Part shown: piece after piece, positions 1-9,661 of the stretch
How the letters are laid out: each line of letters begins with the position of its first letter
Numbering within the stretch: position 1 is the stretch's first letter
Origin: Alphaproteobacteria bacterium
GTDB lineage: Bacteria; Pseudomonadota; Alphaproteobacteria; JAEULC01
Length of the DNA: 64,000 nucleotides
Assembly: GCA_023150455.1 (NCBI GenBank)
Contig: JAKLKW010000028.1
Coordinates: 1,671 to 65,670, forward strand
Direction: 5' to 3'
Made by a program: the position numbers and the translations under genes
Notes under the pieces: model-generated
Seen by the model: the letters and a program-made list of their open reading frames with translations, nothing else
What the model was told of the DNA's origin: nothing
Databases searched by the model: none

Positions 1-376
1 GCAGGCCGCCGTCGAGCACGGCGACGTCGCTGTGGCCGAAGACGCGGAACATCCACCACACGCGCGCGGCCGAGACCATGCCGTGCGTGTCGTAGACGAC
101 GATGCGGCTGCCGTCGCCGAGGCCGAGCTTGCGCACCTTGCTGGAGAACTTCTCGGGCGCCGGCAGCATGTGCGGCAGCGGATTGCCGCTGTCGGCGATG
201 TCGTCGATGTCGAAGAACACGGCGCCGGGGATGTGCCGCGCGAGGAATTCCTTGTGCGCGTCGCGCGTGGTCGGCGGGATGATGTAGGTGCCGTCGACCA
301 CGCGCACGTCCGGGGCGACGAGGTGGCGCGCCAGCCAGTCGGTCGAGACCAGGGCGTCCGGCTTCCGATAGGGCAT
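1..376 (-). CDS. sseA: 3-mercaptopyruvate/thiosulfate sulfurtransferase (rhodanese), N-terminal part; the gene runs off the left edge
   Basis: Minus-strand ATG at 376. Translation MPYRKPDALVSTDWLARHL...HIPGAVFFDIDDIADSGNPLPHMLP...ARVWWMFRVFGH matches the typical SseA/rhodanese N-terminal domain. Confidence 0.75.
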   Translation of the reverse strand, partial: MPYRKPDALVSTDWLARHLVAPDVRVVDGTYIIPPTTRDAHKEFLARHIPGAVFFDIDDIADSGNPLPHMLPAPEKFSSKVRKLGLGDGSRIVVYDTHGMVSAARVWWMFRVFGHSDVAVLDGGL

Positions 377-394
377 CGGCGTTTCCTCAGCGGT

Positions 395-1114
395 TCACTC
401 GGCTTCGACGAAGGCGACCACGACGCGGCGGTTGATGCGGCCCTTCTTCTCGATCTTGGCCACCTCGACCTTGCCGATCTCGCCGGTGCGCGCGACATGC
501 GTGCCGCCGCAGGGCTGCAGGTCGAGCCCGGCCACCTCGATCAGGCGGACCTTGCCCTGGCCGGTGGGCGGCTTCACTGCCATGGTCTTGACCAGCTCGG
601 GCTGCGCGGCCAGCTCGGCGTCGCTGATCCAGCGTTGGCTGACCGCGTCGTCGCGGGCGACCAGCTCGTTCAGCTTGCGGGTGAGCTCCTCCTTCTCGAG
701 GATCGCCTCGGGAATGTCGAAATCCAGCCGGCCCCTGTCGGCTCCGACCTGGCCGCCCGTCACGGGATAGGGCAGCACGGCCGACAGCAGGTGCAGGCAG
801 GTATGCATGCGCATGTGCCGGTGGCGGCGCTCCCAGTCGATCTCGGCGGTGAGCCTGGTGCCGGGCGTCGGCGGCGTGGTGCCGGGCTCCAGCACGTGCG
901 CGACCGTGTCGGGCGCCTCGCCCTTCAGCGCGTCGGACACGCGCAGCGCCGAGCCGTCGGCCAGCCGCAGCACGCCGGTGTCGCCGGGCTGCCCGCCGCC
1001 GGTCGGATAGAACACCGTGCGGTCGAGCACCAGGCCGCGCGAATCCATGCCGACGACCGCCGCCTGGCAGGAGCGCGCATAGGGATCGTTGCGGAAGACG
1101 AGTTCGGTCGCCAT
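395..1114 (-). CDS. AlaX-like Ala/Thr-tRNA editing domain protein
   Basis: 239-aa ORF with the HxxxH (HTCLH) and CxxxH (CGGTH) zinc motifs of the tRNA synthetase second additional (editing) domain. Confidence 0.8.
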   Translation of the reverse strand: MATELVFRNDPYARSCQAAVVGMDSRGLVLDRTVFYPTGGGQPGDTGVLRLADGSALRVSDALKGEAPDTVAHVLEPGTTPPTPGTRLTAEIDWERRHRHMRMHTCLHLLSAVLPYPVTGGQVGADRGRLDFDIPEAILEKEELTRKLNELVARDDAVSQRWISDAELAAQPELVKTMAVKPPTGQGKVRLIEVAGLDLQPCGGTHVARTGEIGKVEVAKIEKKGRINRRVVVAFVEAE

Positions 1115-1145
1115 CGCTTGCCTCGCGGCCTTGCGCCATCCGGCC

Positions 1146-2147
1146 CTACGGCATCCAGGGCGGAGTCGGCAGGTTCTTCGATCTGAGGAATGCCGGGTTG
1201 AACAGCTTGCTTTGATAACGCTGGCCGCCGTCGCACAGGATGGTCACGATCGTATGGCCCGGCCCCATTTCCTTTGCCAGCCGGATCGCGCCGGCCACGT
1301 TCAGTCCGGACGAGCCGCCCAGCACCAGGCCTTCCTCGCGCACCAGGTCGAACAGGATCGGCAGCCATTCCTCGTCGGTCACCTTGTAGGCGTCGTCGAT
1401 CGGCGCGCCTTCCAGGTTCCTGGTGATGCGGCCCTGGCCGATGCCCTCGGTGATCGAGCTGCCGTGCGACTTGAGCTCGCCCGCCTTGTAGTAGCTGTAG
1501 AGCGCCGCGCCGAGAGGATCGGAGCACACGGCGCGCAGCTTGGGATTGCGCTCCTTCAGCGCCATGGCCACGCCGGCGAGCGTGCCGCCGGTGCCGACCG
1601 CGCAGGTGAAGCCGTCGACCTTGCCCCCGGTCTGCTCCCAGATCTCCGGGCCGGTCGTGCGGTAGTGGCCCATGCGGTTGGCGACGTTGTCGAACTGCTG
1701 CGCCCAGATCGCGCCGTTCGGCTCGGTCTTGGCCAGCTCCTTGGCCAGGCGCTCGGAGACATGCACGTAGTTGTTGGGGTCCTTGTACGGCACGGCCGGC
1801 ACTTCGCGCAGCTCGGCGCCGCACAGCCGCAGCATGTCCTTCTTCTCCTGCGACTGCGTGTCGGGGATGACGATCACCGACCGGTAGCCGCGCGCGTTGC
1901 CGACCAGGGCGAGGCCGATGCCGGTGTTGCCCGCGGTGCCTTCGACGATGACGCCGCCGGGGCGCAGCGCGCCCGTCTTCTCGGCGTCCTGGACGATGGC
2001 GAGCGCCGCGCGGTCCTTGACCGACCCGCCGGGGTTGAGGAACTCCGCCTTGCCCAGGACGGTGCAGCCGGTCAGCTCGGACGCCTTGCGCAGCTTGATC
2101 AGCGGCGTGTTGCCGATGGTCTCGACGAAGCCGGCGCGGATGGTCAT
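1146..2147 (-). CDS. cysK: Cysteine synthase (PLP-dependent, CysK family)
   Basis: ORF 1146..2435 trimmed to the ATG at 2147 (MTIRAGFVETIGNTPLIKL). Contains the NPGGSVKDR PLP-lysine motif and the GTAGNTG loop. Confidence 0.8.
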   Translation of the reverse strand: MTIRAGFVETIGNTPLIKLRKASELTGCTVLGKAEFLNPGGSVKDRAALAIVQDAEKTGALRPGGVIVEGTAGNTGIGLALVGNARGYRSVIVIPDTQSQEKKDMLRLCGAELREVPAVPYKDPNNYVHVSERLAKELAKTEPNGAIWAQQFDNVANRMGHYRTTGPEIWEQTGGKVDGFTCAVGTGGTLAGVAMALKERNPKLRAVCSDPLGAALYSYYKAGELKSHGSSITEGIGQGRITRNLEGAPIDDAYKVTDEEWLPILFDLVREEGLVLGGSSGLNVAGAIRLAKEMGPGHTIVTILCDGGQRYQSKLFNPAFLRSKNLPTPPWMP

Positions 2148-2245
2148 GGCATGGCCCTTGGCAGGTCGGATCGTCTCCAGGTGGAAGCGGCCGACACTAG
2201 CGGCGCGGGCGGGGTGGATCAAGCCGGAGGCCGGGATGGCGGCGT

Positions 2246-2518
2246 TCAGTGCCGGCGGCTGCGATCGGCCGCGCGGTCGACGGGCTGCACGTCCAGCGGC
2301 GCGATGCAGTCGATGTCGGGCCAGCGTGCGCCGCAGGCGGTGCAGACCGCGCGCTCCAGGAAGCGTTGCAGCGGCAGCTCGCCGCCGTACTGGCGCGACA
2401 GGTTCGCCGGGTTGAGCCGCACCTCGTGCCCGCACCGTTTGCAGGTCACGAACAACGGGCGCTGCTGCCGCGCTAGGCCGCCGATGGTGCCGACGCGCGG
2501 GGGCGATCTGCGACGCAT
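2246..2518 (-). CDS. Hypothetical small Cys-rich (zinc-ribbon-like) protein
   Basis: ORF 2246..2671 trimmed to the ATG at 2518. Two Cys pairs are present (CKRCGH ... CTACG). No family recognised. Confidence 0.35.
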   Translation of the reverse strand: MRRRSPPRVGTIGGLARQQRPLFVTCKRCGHEVRLNPANLSRQYGGELPLQRFLERAVCTACGARWPDIDCIAPLDVQPVDRAADRSRRH

Positions 2519-2650
2519 GGGCACGAGGTTAGCACGAAAGCGGCGGTCCCCGGGGCGGGCGCGTCGGCCCCGCCGGGCACGCGCGCGGGCCGATTCGGCA
2601 CCCGCGCAACGACGGTCGCGCAAAGCGTTGTGGATGGCCCCGGCACGCCC

Positions 2651-2695
2651 AAAAAGGCGCAAAAATATCATAGTGATATCAATATATTATACTTC
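2651..2695. promoter_or_regulatory. AT-rich divergent promoter region upstream of gyrA with a perfect 15-bp palindrome ATATCATAGTGATAT (2665..2679)
   Basis: A sharp AT-rich island (aaaaaggcgcaaaaatatcatagtgatatcaatatattatac) in otherwise ~70% GC DNA, lying between divergent genes. Confidence 0.4.
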
Positions 2696-2872
2696 GGTCG
2701 CCGACGCGGCCGGCGGTGCCGAAAGCATTGTTCGCACTTGCAGAATCTGCTAGAAAAATCGCCGATCCGGGCTCGGTTAACGACCCGCCGAATCCCCGTG
2801 CGAAGCCCGCCCGAGCGGCCGGCTGCGACGCCGACAAGAAGCGCCCGATTTCGCCCACCAGAGACCGCCTAA

Positions 2873-5731
2873 GTGACAACGCAGCAGACGCCGCCGCCCT
2901 TCGACATCGCGCCCATCAGCCTGGAAGAGGAGATGCGGCGCTCGTACCTCGATTACGCCATGAGCGTGATCGTGGCGCGCGCGCTGCCCGACGTGCGCGA
3001 CGGCCTCAAGCCCGTCCACCGGCGCATCCTCTACGCCATGAAAGAGGCGGGCTACGACTGGAACAAGGCGTTCCGCAAGTCGGCGCGCATCGTCGGCGAC
3101 GTGATGGGCAAGTACCACCCGCACGGCGACACGGCGATCTACGACGCCATGGTCCGCATGGCGCAGGACTTCTCCATGCGCCTGCCGCTGATCGACGGCC
3201 AGGGCAACTTCGGCTCGATGGACGGCGATCCGCCGGCGGCCATGCGCTACACCGAGGCGCGGCTCGCGCGCGCCGCCGATGCGCTGCTCGACGACATCGA
3301 CAAGGACACGGTGCAGTTCCAGCCGAACTACGACGGCACCGACAAGGAGCCGGTCGTCCTGCCGGCGCGCTTTCCCAACCTGCTCGTCAACGGCGCCGGC
3401 GGCATCGCCGTCGGCATGGCGACCAACATCCCGACCCACAACCTGGGCGAGGTGATCGACGCCTGCTGCGCCTATGTCGACAACCCCGACATCACGATCG
3501 ACGAGCTGATCGAGCGCGTGCCGGGCCCGGACTTCCCGACCGGCGGCATCATCCTGGGCTCGGTCGGCATCCGCTCCGGCTACCATCTCGGCCGCGGCTC
3601 GATCGTCATCCGTGCCCGTGCCACGGTCGAGGAGATCCGCAAGGACCGCTGGGCCATCGTCGTCACCGAGATTCCCTACCAGGTGAACAAGGCGCGCATG
3701 GTCGAGCGCATCGGCGAGCTGGTGCGCGAGAAGGTGATCGAGGGCATCGCCGACCTGCGCGACGAAAGCGACCGCGAGGGCCTGCGCGTGGTGATCGAGC
3801 TGAAGCGCGAGGCGGTGCCGGAGGTCGTGCTGAACCAGCTCTACCGCCACAGCCAGCTGCAGACCAGCTTCGGCATCAACATGCTGGCGCTGAACGGCGG
3901 CAAGCCCGAGCTGCTGGACCTCAAGTCGATCATCGCCGCCTTCGTCGCCTTCCGCGAGCAGGTGATCCGCCGCCGCACCATCTTCGAGCTGGGCAAGGCG
4001 CGCGAGCGGGCGCACGTCCTGGTCGGCCTGGCGATCGCGGTCGCCAACATCGACGAGGTCATCAAGCTGATCCGCTCCTCGCCGGACCCGGCCGACGCCA
4101 GGGCGAAGCTGGTGGCGCGCTCGTGGCCGGCGTCGACCGTGGCGCCGCTGATCGCGCTGATCGACGACCCCGGCCAGGCCATCGACAAGGAGGGCGGCTA
4201 TCGCCTCAGCGAGGCGCAGGCGCGCGCGATCCTCGATCTGCGCCTGCAGCGCCTGACCGGGCTCGAGCGCGACAGGATCGCCGAGGAGCTGGACGGGCTG
4301 GTCAAGCAGATCCGCGACTTCCTGGAGATCCTGGAATCGCGGCCCAAGCTGCTCGGCATCCTGCGCGGCGAGCTGCTGGCGATGAAGGAGCAGTTCGCCA
4401 CGCCGCGCCGCACCACGCTCGAGGCGCAGGAGGACGAGACCGACGTCGAGGACCTGATCCAGCGCGAGGACATGGTCGTCACGGTCACGCTCGGCGGCTA
4501 CATCAAGCGCGTGCCCTTGAGCGCCTACCGCGCCCAGCGCCGCGGCGGGCGCGGCCGTGCGGGCATGGCGACGCGCGAGGAGGATGCGGTCAGCCGCGTG
4601 TTCATCGCCAACACGCACGACCGCATGCTGTTCTTCTCCTCGCGCGGCATGGCCTATCAGATGAAGGTCTACCGCCTGCCGCTCGGCAACCCGCAGGCGC
4701 GCGGCAAGGCGCTGGTCAACCTGCTGCCGCTCGAGGAGGGCGAGACCATCACGACGCTGATGCCGATGCCGGAGGACGAGAAGGCGGCGACGGCGGCGCA
4801 CGTGATGTTCGCGACCTCGACCGGCAACGTCCGGCGCAACGCGCTCAGCGACTTCACCGACATCAAGGCCAACGGCAAGATCGCCATGAAGCTGGAGGAA
4901 GGCGGCGAGCGCCTGATCGCGGTGCAGCCCTGCGGCGAGGGCGACGACGTGCTGCTGGCGGCGCGCGGGGGAAAATGCATCCGCTTCCCCGTCGGCGACG
5001 TGCGCGTGTTCGCCGGCCGTACCTCGACCGGCGTGCGCGGCATCAAGCTGGCCGAGGGCGACGAGGTGATCTCGATGTCGATCCTGCGCCACGCCGACTT
5101 CACGGTCGAGGAGCGCGCGGCGTTCCTCAGGCTGCAGCGCGCCAAGCGCGGCGACACCGGCGAGCCCGAGCCCGACACGGAAGAGGCGTCGACGGCGCCG
5201 GCGGCGGTCCTGTCGCCCGAGCGCGTGGCCGAGATGGAGGCGCAGCAGGAGTTCCTGCTGGCGATCACCGAGAAGGGTTTCGGCAAGCGCAGCTCGGCCT
5301 ACGAGTACCGCGTGGCCGGCCGCGGCGGCCAGGGCATCGCCAACATCGAGGTGACCGAGCGCAACGGCCCGGTCGTCGCGACCTTCCCGGTCAAGGACAC
5401 GGACCAGATCGTGCTGGTGACCGACGGCGGCCAGATCATCCGCACGCCGGTCGACGACATCCGCGTCGCCGGGCGCAAGACCCAGGGCGTGACGGTGTTC
5501 AAGGTCGACCAGGACGAGCGCGTGGTCTCGGTCAGCCGGCTCAGCGAGGACGAGGGCAACGGCCCGAACGGTAACGGCCCGAACGGTAACGGCCCGAACG
5601 GGAACGGCCACGCCGGCAACGGCCCGAACGGTAACGGCCATGGCGGCAACGGCCTCGACGGCGGCGGCGCGAACGGAGCGGGCGACGGCGGGACGGGCAA
5701 TGGCACGGCGGGAGACGGCGATGGCGCCTAG
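2873..5731 (+). CDS. gyrA: DNA gyrase subunit A
   Basis: 952 aa with a GTG start. Motifs: [39 protein letters not shown] and the active-site region [10 protein letters not shown]. The C-terminal beta-pinwheel repeats are followed by an unusual NG-rich tail. Confidence 0.97.
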   Translation: MTTQQTPPPFDIAPISLEEEMRRSYLDYAMSVIVARALPDVRDGLKPVHRRILYAMKEAGYDWNKAFRKSARIVGDVMGKYHPHGDTAIYDAMVRMAQDFSMRLPLIDGQGNFGSMDGDPPAAMRYTEARLARAADALLDDIDKDTVQFQPNYDGTDKEPVVLPARFPNLLVNGAGGIAVGMATNIPTHNLGEVIDACCAYVDNPDITIDELIERVPGPDFPTGGIILGSVGIRSGYHLGRGSIVIRARATVEEIRKDRWAIVVTEIPYQVNKARMVERIGELVREKVIEGIADLRDESDREGLRVVIELKREAVPEVVLNQLYRHSQLQTSFGINMLALNGGKPELLDLKSIIAAFVAFREQVIRRRTIFELGKARERAHVLVGLAIAVANIDEVIKLIRSSPDPADARAKLVARSWPASTVAPLIALIDDPGQAIDKEGGYRLSEAQARAILDLRLQRLTGLERDRIAEELDGLVKQIRDFLEILESRPKLLGILRGELLAMKEQFATPRRTTLEAQEDETDVEDLIQREDMVVTVTLGGYIKRVPLSAYRAQRRGGRGRAGMATREEDAVSRVFIANTHDRMLFFSSRGMAYQMKVYRLPLGNPQARGKALVNLLPLEEGETITTLMPMPEDEKAATAAHVMFATSTGNVRRNALSDFTDIKANGKIAMKLEEGGERLIAVQPCGEGDDVLLAARGGKCIRFPVGDVRVFAGRTSTGVRGIKLAEGDEVISMSILRHADFTVEERAAFLRLQRAKRGDTGEPEPDTEEASTAPAAVLSPERVAEMEAQQEFLLAITEKGFGKRSSAYEYRVAGRGGQGIANIEVTERNGPVVATFPVKDTDQIVLVTDGGQIIRTPVDDIRVAGRKTQGVTVFKVDQDERVVSVSRLSEDEGNGPNGNGPNGNGPNGNGHAGNGPNGNGHGGNGLDGGGANGAGDGGTGNGTAGDGDGA
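5558..5662 (+). repeat. Seven tandem 15-bp units (aacggcccgaacggt and variants) encoding NGxxG pentapeptides in the GyrA tail
   Basis: Read directly: units at 5558, 5573, 5588, 5603, 5618, 5633 and 5648. Three are near-identical and four are diverged. Confidence 0.9.
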
Positions 5732-6299
5732 GGAACGGGTCGGCGTCTATCCGGGCACCTTCGATCCGATCACGCTGGGCCACGCCGACATCATCCGGCG
5801 CGCCACGCGCGTGGTCGACCGGCTGGTGATCGCCGTCGCCACCAATGCCGGCAAGGGGCCCCTGTTCACGCTGGACGAGCGCGTCGACATGGTGCGTGGC
5901 GAGCTTGCCGCCATGGAGCGGGGCGAGCTGGCCGGCCCGGTCGAGGTCACGCCGTTCGACAGCCTGCTGATGGACTTCACCGTCTCGACCGGCGCGCGCG
6001 TGATCATCCGCGGCCTGCGCGCCGTGTCCGACTTCGAATACGAGTTCCAGATGGCGGGCATGAACGCGCGGCTCAATCCCGACGTCGAGACCGTGTTCCT
6101 CATGTCGTCGGACCGCTACCAGTTCATCGCGTCCCGCTTCGTCAAGGAAATCGGCCGGCTCGGCGGCGAGGTCGCGCATTTCGTCTCGCCGCGCGTGGCC
6201 AGGCGCATGCGCGCGCGCTTCGCCGACGAGCGCCAGAACGGCGGCGCCTCGCGCCTGATGCAGACGTTCAAGGCCGAGCCGACGCCGCCGGACGAGTGA
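5721..6299 (+). CDS. coaD: Phosphopantetheine adenylyltransferase
   Basis: ATG at 5721 overlaps the gyrA stop by 11 nt. N-terminus [19 protein letters not shown] has the T/HxGH nucleotidyltransferase motif. At 192 aa it is somewhat longer at the C-terminus than is typical. Confidence 0.9.
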   Translation: MAPRERVGVYPGTFDPITLGHADIIRRATRVVDRLVIAVATNAGKGPLFTLDERVDMVRGELAAMERGELAGPVEVTPFDSLLMDFTVSTGARVIIRGLRAVSDFEYEFQMAGMNARLNPDVETVFLMSSDRYQFIASRFVKEIGRLGGEVAHFVSPRVARRMRARFADERQNGGASRLMQTFKAEPTPPDE

Positions 6300-6371
6300 C
6301 AAGGCCGCCGCCGGCCGATTGACCCGCCGGCCGCCCGGGCCTAAGAAGTCGCCGGAAGCCGCTTGGCGGCA

Positions 6372-6446
6372 GAGCCCGTAGCTCAGCGGTAGAGCATCTG
6401 ACTTTTAATCAGAGGGTCCTGGGTTCGATCCCCAGCGGGCTCACCA
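6372..6446 (+). tRNA. tRNA-Lys (anticodon UUU)
   Basis: A cloverleaf can be drawn: 7-bp acceptor stem GAGCCCG/CGGGCTC, anticodon stem TCTGA/TCAGA with loop CTTTTAA, T-loop GGTTCGATCC, and an encoded CCA. Confidence 0.95.
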
Positions 6447-6559
6447 TTCCCAGAAATCAATGGTCTGGGATTGGAAAATCGGGCGCGCCGAAAGCCGGTC
6501 GGCTAAGATTGCGTGTGACATCGGGCGCAGGTCGTGCGCGCGGCGGTACAGTATCCCCG

Positions 6560-6700
6560 CGAAGTGCCGCACCGGTGCCTGTGCTCGCGCACAGGAAGAT
6601 TCTCGGCGCGACCAGGCAGGCGGGCGGCAGCGTGACGATCGAAAGCGCGCCGGGCAGGGGCACGACGGCGCGCGTGTTCCCGCCCGTCGCGGCCGGGGCC
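6560..6700 (+). pseudogene. Remnant of the C-terminal end of a histidine-kinase ATPase domain, in frame with the downstream receiver (hybrid kinase stub)
   Basis: The frame of ORF 6509..7123 reads ...ILGATRQAGGSVTIESAPGRGTTARVFPP, the G2-box/C-terminal signature of HATPase_c. No HisKA or sensor region lies upstream; tRNA-Lys ends at 6446. Confidence 0.45.
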
Positions 6701-6721
6701 GCGCACGGCTGCGGGCCCGGC

Positions 6722-7123
6722 ATGGGATCGGCGATCGGGACGGCAGCGATGCAGGGCGTCAACGTGCTTTATGTCGAGGACGAGCCGCTGGTCGGCATGG
6801 CGACGACCGACGCGCTGGAGAGCGCGGGGTTCCAGGTCCATGCCGCGCCGAGCGCGGAAGCGGCGCTGAAGCTCCTGCGCGAGCGGCCGGAGATCGAGCT
6901 GATCGTCACCGATGTCGGCCTGCCGGGGATGAACGGCTACGACCTGGTCAACGAGGCGCGGCGGCTCAAGCCGGACGTGAAGGCGGTGTTCGTGACGGGC
7001 TACGACCGCGCCGGCACGATCGGCAAGCTCACGGCCGACGCGGCGACCGACTTCATCGACAAGCCCTACGATCCCGAGGACCTCGTCCGGTCGATCCGGC
7101 GCCTGCTGCAACGCCAGGCCTGA
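6722..7123 (+). CDS. Response-regulator receiver domain protein (CheY-like), possibly the surviving C-terminus of a hybrid kinase
   Basis: VNVLYVEDEPLV...ELIVTDVGLPGMNGYDL...VKAVFVTGY...DFIDKPYD has the DD, D and K receiver residues. Start candidates are ATG 6722 and ATG 6749. Confidence 0.75.
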   Translation: MGSAIGTAAMQGVNVLYVEDEPLVGMATTDALESAGFQVHAAPSAEAALKLLRERPEIELIVTDVGLPGMNGYDLVNEARRLKPDVKAVFVTGYDRAGTIGKLTADAATDFIDKPYDPEDLVRSIRRLLQRQA

Positions 7124-7199
7124 ACCGGGCGCTTTCCGCCCATTGTGAAACGCGCGCCGGCTGGCTATCACTGCCGGGTCTCGAGGCCGGGGTGAAGCC

Positions 7200-8129
7200 A
7201 TGGTTGGTCGCAAGAGCAAACGGTCGGTCCGCCGCACGGCGGCCGGGAAGAACGTCGGCCGCAAGACGGTCGCGGCGAAAACCGCATCGGCCAGGACCGC
7301 CAAGGCCAAGCCGTCGGCACGAAGGCCGCTCAAGGTCGCCATCGCCGGTTTCGGCGCGATCGGGCGTACCGTCGCCCGCAAGCTCGATGAGGGCATCGCC
7401 GGACTGGAGCTGGCCGCCGTCTCGGCGCGCGACCTCGAGCGCGCGCGGGCGCTGACGGCGGGCTTCAGGCACAGGCCCGCGGTGGTGCCGCTGTCCCGGC
7501 TTCCCGCCCTGGCCGACGTCGTCGTCGAATGCCTGCCGGCAAGCGCCTTCGCCGAGATCGCGCGGCCGGCGCTCGAGCGCGGGCGCACGCTGGTCGTCAT
7601 CACCGTCGGCGCGCTTCTTGCGCATCCCGAGCTGGAAGCGCTGGCCCGCCGGCACGGCGGGCGCATCGTCGTGCCGACCGGCGCGCTGATCGGTCTCGAT
7701 GCCGTGCGCGCGGCCGCCGAAGGCGAAATCCGCTCGGTGCGCATGATCTCGCGCAAGCCGCCGCGCGGCCTTGCCGGCGCGCCGCACCTGGTCGAGAACC
7801 GGATCGAGGTCGAGGGCATCGACGCGCCGCTCAAGGTGTTCGAGGGCACTGCCCGCGAAGCCGTGCGCGGCTTCCCTGCGAACGTCAACGTCGCCGCCGC
7901 GCTCAGCCTTGCCGGCATCGGGCCGGACCGGACCACGATCGAGGTCTGGGCCGATCCCGGGATCGACCGCAATACCCACGCGATCGAGGTGGAGGCCGAC
8001 AGCGCGCGGTTCTCGATGACGATCGCGAACGTGCCGTCCGACGAGAATCCGCGGACCGGACGCATCACGGCCTTGAGCGTCGTCGCCGCGCTGCGCAAGC
8101 TCACGAGCGCGCTCGGCATCGGGACCTGA
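7200..8129 (+). CDS. nadX: L-aspartate dehydrogenase with a ~44-aa Lys/Arg-rich N-terminal extension
   Basis: LKVAIAGFGAIGRTVA Rossmann motif. C-terminal region FPANVNVAAALSLAG...IEVWADPG...NTHAIEV is typical of NadX. The only in-frame start upstream of the Rossmann motif is ATG 7200. Confidence 0.8.
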   Translation: MVGRKSKRSVRRTAAGKNVGRKTVAAKTASARTAKAKPSARRPLKVAIAGFGAIGRTVARKLDEGIAGLELAAVSARDLERARALTAGFRHRPAVVPLSRLPALADVVVECLPASAFAEIARPALERGRTLVVITVGALLAHPELEALARRHGGRIVVPTGALIGLDAVRAAAEGEIRSVRMISRKPPRGLAGAPHLVENRIEVEGIDAPLKVFEGTAREAVRGFPANVNVAAALSLAGIGPDRTTIEVWADPGIDRNTHAIEVEADSARFSMTIANVPSDENPRTGRITALSVVAALRKLTSALGIGT

Positions 8130-8214
8130 CCCCGGCTTCCGCCCGGTTGCGGCTGGCCGACCGGCTGCTAGTATGGCCCGCAACAACGACCGACGAAGAG
8201 CAGGGAGGACGATC

Positions 8215-9168
8215 ATGGGCAAGCTTCTATCTACCGTCTTTGCGGTCGCGCTGGCGACCGCGATCACCGGCACCGCTGCGGGGCAGCAGTATCCCGACCG
8301 GCCCGTCAAGATGATCGTGCCGTGGGCCGCCGGCGGCGACACCGACAACATCTTCCGCCCCTTCGCGGTCGAGCTGCAGAAGCATCTCGGCCAGCCGGTC
8401 GTGATCGCGAATGTCGCGGGCGCATCCGGGACGGTGGGCGCGCGCGAGGCCAAGGCGGCCGCGCCCGACGGCTACACGCTCTATGCCGTGCACGACTACA
8501 TCCATCTCGTGCACTACGCCGGCATCACCGACGTCAAGTACACGGACTTCGACCCGATCTGCCTGGTGTCGGCGACGCCTTCGGTGCTGACCGCCAGCGC
8601 CAAGACGCCGTGGAAGACGTGGAAGGAGATGGCCGAGGACGCCAAGAAGCGCCCGGGCCAGATCACCGTCGGCGCCACGCTGGGCTCGACCAGCCACATC
8701 TTCCCGGCGCTGATCGAGAAGGCCGCGGGCATCAAGTTCAAATACGTGTCCTACGACGGCTTGGCGCCGCGCATGAACGCGCTGCTGGGCGGGCACATCG
8801 ACCTGACCGACTCGAACCTGACGCAGAAGGGCAAGGTCGAGGCGGGGCTGCTCAGGTTCCTCGCCATCGCCAGCGAGAAGCGCAACCCCGACATGCCCGA
8901 TGTGCCGACGCTGAAGGAGCTCGGCATGAACATCGTCTTCGAGGTGTTGCGCGGCGTGGTGGTGCCGAAGGGAACGCCGGCGCCGGTGCGCGCCAAGCTG
9001 GGCGACGCCTGCGCCAAGGCGGCCAAGGAGCCGGCCTTCGCCCAGTCGATGAAGCTGCAGGGCACCACGGCCGCCTATCTCGACGCGGCGGCGTACGCCA
9101 AGTTCCTCGACAAGATCGACGGCGAGAACAAGGCGATCATGACGGAGCTCGGCCTCATCAAGAAGTAG
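8215..9168 (+). CDS. tctC: Tripartite tricarboxylate transporter substrate-binding protein (Bug/TctC family)
   Basis: ATG 8215 is preceded by GGGAGGA. Signal peptide, then YPDRPVKMIVPWAAGGDTD...GASGTVGA, typical of the Bug family. Confidence 0.85.
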   Translation: MGKLLSTVFAVALATAITGTAAGQQYPDRPVKMIVPWAAGGDTDNIFRPFAVELQKHLGQPVVIANVAGASGTVGAREAKAAAPDGYTLYAVHDYIHLVHYAGITDVKYTDFDPICLVSATPSVLTASAKTPWKTWKEMAEDAKKRPGQITVGATLGSTSHIFPALIEKAAGIKFKYVSYDGLAPRMNALLGGHIDLTDSNLTQKGKVEAGLLRFLAIASEKRNPDMPDVPTLKELGMNIVFEVLRGVVVPKGTPAPVRAKLGDACAKAAKEPAFAQSMKLQGTTAAYLDAAAYAKFLDKIDGENKAIMTELGLIKK

Positions 9169-9178
9169 GCCGCTTCTC

Positions 9179-9658
9179 GTGCGTCTCGGCCGCGACGGCA
9201 TCGCCGGGCTGATCCTCCTGGGATCGAGCCTGGCGCTGCTGGGCGCCTCGTTCGATCTGCCGAGCCTGCCGTTGGTGCCGGTCGGGCCGGGGTTCTACCC
9301 GCGCATCGTCCTGTCGGTCCTGGCCGCCGCCAGCGTCGTCCTCGTCCTGCAGGATATCGCCCGCGCGCATGCCGCCGCGCCCGCCGCACCGGCGGGCGCG
9401 GCGCGCCGCGTCCGCGTGCTGGTCGCCGGGGTCTTCGCCGTCGTCGGCGCCTACGTGTTCCTGATGCCGCTGCTCGGCTTCCGGGTCGCCACCGTGCTGT
9501 TCGTGGGCGGCCTGCAGGCGGCGCTGGAATGGCCGCGCAGCACGCGGCAGTGGACGGCGCTCGCGGTCGTGGCCGTGGCGACGTCGGCGGTGACGTATCT
9601 CGTGTTCGAACGCTATCTGCTGGTGCTGCTGCCGCGCGGCCGCTGGACCGGTTTCTAG
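9179..9658 (+). CDS. tctB: Tripartite tricarboxylate transporter small membrane subunit TctB
   Basis: 159-aa hydrophobic protein with 4 predicted TM segments, located between tctC and tctA. GTG start. Confidence 0.7.
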   Translation: MRLGRDGIAGLILLGSSLALLGASFDLPSLPLVPVGPGFYPRIVLSVLAAASVVLVLQDIARAHAAAPAAPAGAARRVRVLVAGVFAVVGAYVFLMPLLGFRVATVLFVGGLQAALEWPRSTRQWTALAVVAVATSAVTYLVFERYLLVLLPRGRWTGF

Positions 9659-9661
9659 CGC

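Noticed and set aside
2716-5641. Very long ORFs overlapping gyrA in another frame (2716..5574 +) and antisense (2777..5641 -).
   Set aside because: The translations are Arg/Ala/Gly/Pro-rich nonsense, typical of stop-codon-poor ~70% GC DNA. The gyrA frame carries all the conserved motifs. The same reasoning applies to 9158..11215 (-), 26685..29108 (-), 26741..28975 (+), 29570..32137 (-), 47346..49640 (+), 49637..51730 (-) and similar track ORFs.
5640-5720. Longer coaD start at 5640, as listed in the ORF track.
   Set aside because: The extra 27 codons lie inside the gyrA repeat tail and read as Ala/Thr/Arg filler. The conserved CoaD N-terminus begins right after ATG 5721.
6447-7200. Integrase or att repeat marking a genomic island at tRNA-Lys.
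   Set aside because: No integrase-like ORF is present, and I did not see a second copy of the tRNA 3' end within the window. Only the kinase truncation hints at a past event.
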